Shown in pieces: positions 61,344 to 64,000 of a stretch of 64,000 nt of DNA. Each line of letters starts with the position of its first letter. The first letter of the stretch is position 1. The notes under the pieces were generated by a model. The model worked only from the letters and a program-made list of their open reading frames with translations. It did not search any database and was not told the origin of the DNA. Both the position numbers and the translations under genes were made by a program. Source of the DNA: Azolla caroliniana (lineage: Eukaryota; Plantae; Polypodiophyta); NCBI GenBank assembly GCA_043228905.1, contig JBHGNT010000018.1:14198001-14262000 (forward strand). The letters are read 5' to 3'.

Positions 61344-63142
61344 TGTTGGCATAAAAGGCCGACTCCTTCCAAATTGTATCTGTTTGAGTGTGAACTCGTT
61401 AATAAGTTAGGGCTTAGTATATAAGAGAATACCTAACATTGTAATGAGCGATGATGAGCAGAGTATCGTATCTCTAAGAAAGAACGAAGTAATAAGAAGC
61501 TTTCCATTAAAGCTCCATCCGTGTAAGTATCCATGCCTATTCTATTTTCTGTATGTGTTGTTTGCTATTAAGTACCGACTGCAAATCCATACACGTTTCC
61601 GCACATAGCAATCGTACTCACAACTAGTATCAAAGCCGAATCTTTGTTGTTCGGAGGCAATAGACAACAGAAGAAGCTGAAAGAAAAGACTAGGTCAGAA
61701 ATCTCAAGTTCACAAACAGAATATGGCTTCAACATCCAGAACAGGAGTTGAAATTAGAAAATTCGACGGCGAAAACTTTGCCTTGTGGAAGGAGATGATG
61801 TAGGATGTGCTGATCATTCGAAGATAGGTCGAAGCCATTCGGCATGGCGAAAAACTTGCTTCAATGACAGCCGAGGTCCGGAGTCGCGCATCCGGAGACC
61901 ATACCCAGAATCGGTAGGCAGTACGTCTCGATGATCACTTCCGTCCCGATTAGATAGTCCTTGTCGGCCTTGGCTACCGAAACGATACCCCATAGCTCGC
62001 GTTTAGCTTGGGCGTATCCTCGCTGACGCTCACTCAATACCTTCGCCCCGAACCGGATCGGGAACCGTACACCATCCTTGTCCTCCTGACTGATCACCCA
62101 CCCGATCCTGGTCGGGCTCATGTCCACCGTCACGTAGATGGGGACTTCCTTGCCGTAAACCACTTTCCGGAGAGCCGGTGCCACGGCGAGCGCCTCCTTC
62201 AGTCTCTGGACCGCCTTTGTGTGCTCCGTCTTCCTCTCGAACCTACGCCCTTTCTTCAATAGCCCTTTGAGCGGTTCCGCGACATGTGCGTAGTGCGGAA
62301 TCCAGATGTAGAACGCGCACACACCCAAAAATCAGCGGACCTCGGTAACTGACTCGCAATCGTCCTTCATCACGGAGATGGCTTCTACCTATGCCGGGGA
62401 CGGTTTCCAACCATAGGGCCCGCACAGGTGTCCGACTACCAAGATCTCTATCTGCCCGAACGCTGATTTCTCTCTAGAGAAGGTGAGCCGCGCGCTCTCG
62501 AGCCTCTGCAGCACCTTCTTGCAGTCGTTGATGTGGTTCACAACGAACCTCCGGCATCCGTCCGGCTCGACCGTATCGTCCACGTCCTCCACCGGACACC
62601 CCTTTATCGGTACATCGTCGAGGAACGACATAGTGATGTCCGGGATGCAGTCCCTTAACACCTTGTTCATCGCATTCACCATGTGCGCCACCGAATTTGT
62701 TCCTCCTTGCAGTAGGGTACAGATCCGCACCAAGCCGAGAGGAGTCCACATTGTCGTGATGTCCCTGCTCTCTACGGCTCTTTGGAACTGGTCGTACCCT
62801 GAGTATAATGCACCGACCGAATAGATTGACCTCTCGGCGAAGGCCTCCGCGAACTCGTCTATGGTCGGCCCGATTCCTGAGTTATGGATGGACACCTTGT
62901 TGCGTTGAGATCAACGGACGAAATCACATGCTCCACCATCCGAATGCATCTGGCCGAAAACGTCTATTTCAGCATGGCGAAAGAGACGACATCGTTCTCA
63001 TTGTGGGAGAAGCTACAAGCTGTCTATGAGAAGAAGTCGTCATCTTCGAAACTGATCTTGATCAAACAATTGTTCAACATGAAGATGAAAGAGACTGATC
63101 CGGCAACCTCCCACATCAACACCTTCAGCCGGGTGTTGTCAG
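61344..63142 (+). mobile_element. Copia 5' LTR plus interrupted gag
   Basis: LTR 61344-61622, decayed PBS TAGTATCAAAGCC. Gag 61723-61875 (IRKFDGENFALWK) resumes at ~62905-63142 (STIRMHL...LWEKLQAVYEKKS). Confidence 0.85.
61876..62904 (-). pseudogene. LTR-less Gypsy RT-RNase H fragment of a non-chromoviral, fungal-like type
   Basis: GC-rich. Motifs DEFAEAFA...YSGYDQ...TPLGLVR...QGGTNSVAH...FLDDVPIKG and VTVDMSP...RFGAKVL...AKREL. Confidence 0.85.
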
Positions 63143-64000
63143 TGTTGGGGACAAGGCCGTTAATGCGGAAGTGCAAGCAACATTCGTGATGAAGAAGAAC
63201 CTGTGTATGCATCAACAAGATAGACACAGAGGGAGAGAGAGAGAGAGAGGCACAAAGGAAACGTTATATTCCAATAGCAACAGTTACAAATGACAACCAA
63301 CCTTCACTAAAGGTTACAAAGTCACTTTATATAGTGACTGTCCTAGGGCAACTGCCCTTTATGCTATTTACAAAAATAGCCCGAACTTGGGTTGTCCAAA
63401 GGGACAGTGTGAATATGGCCATTATACACTCGTATTCGACACTCCCCCGTAATGGGCGTATGCACGGGTTATCTAAATAATTACAGGTATATATACAAGG
63501 TTTATCGGATAGATCGGTTTTGTCAGAGTCGGCAAGATCCAAAGACAGAGGATCGAACTGGTCGGTCGGAAGAGCTGAAGCCGATCCTCAGAGAACTGAT
63601 GTCGGTGGTCCGAAACCATCCTGTGCTATGTGTCCGACTTTAATCGTACTGATTTTTCGTTACGCCCATCTGGTGCCGAAGGGACCGGAAACGATCCGCC
63701 AAAAGACACTTGGTCATTCCATATGCGACATTATCGGTTGTGGATATCTTCTCGAGACCGATTTTCCCTGAAATGACGCAGTCCCAAACGAAGTGATATC
63801 GAACATCGATATGCTTAGAGGCGTTGTGGTGAACCGGATTTTTTGACAAAGCAACAACACCCTGACTGTCGCTGTAGACAATTGGAGCCGAGTCGGAGTC
63901 GACTTGTCGAAACGTGTGCGCCAGTCGACCGAGCCATAAAGCTTCTTTTGCCGCGTCAGACGCAACTACATATTCCGCTTCGGTCGTTGAGGTGGCTGTG
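63143..64000 (-). mobile_element. Copia 3' LTR plus RNase H end (runs off the window)
   Basis: LTR 63143-63441 (TG..CA), PPT ACGGGGGAG, and KNPVHHNASKHIDVRYHFV. Confidence 0.88.

Overview
Eukaryotic nuclear DNA from a land plant. A fern or other non-seed vascular plant is inferred from the Tcn1-like chromoviruses, an RTE-X-like LINE and long TE-filled introns. One host gene is supported: a 14-exon, minus-strand organellar 5'-3' exonuclease (OEX1-like, 399 aa, 2269-24701), whose 15.4-kb first intron holds three Copia elements. Everything from 221 bp upstream of its ATG to the window end is nested transposons. These comprise an intact hAT (8-bp TSD) and three copies of one Mutator-like family (9-bp TSDs, hairpin-containing TIRs, GGAGCCCGACT motif arrays, a SWIM/MULE transposase and a spliced zinc-finger/ULP1-protease accessory gene). 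They also include three Tcn1-like chromoviral Gypsy elements (one intact, with apparent self-priming and -1 frameshift signals), three further Copia elements, an RTE-X-like LINE 3' end, a hAT MITE, a captured Gypsy RT fragment and a 341-bp fold-back LTR-like insertion. The best candidates for new biology are the MULE accessory-gene/motif-array system and the snap-back LTR mini-element. All calls come from reading the sequence by eye; family names are from recalled motifs and no searches were run.
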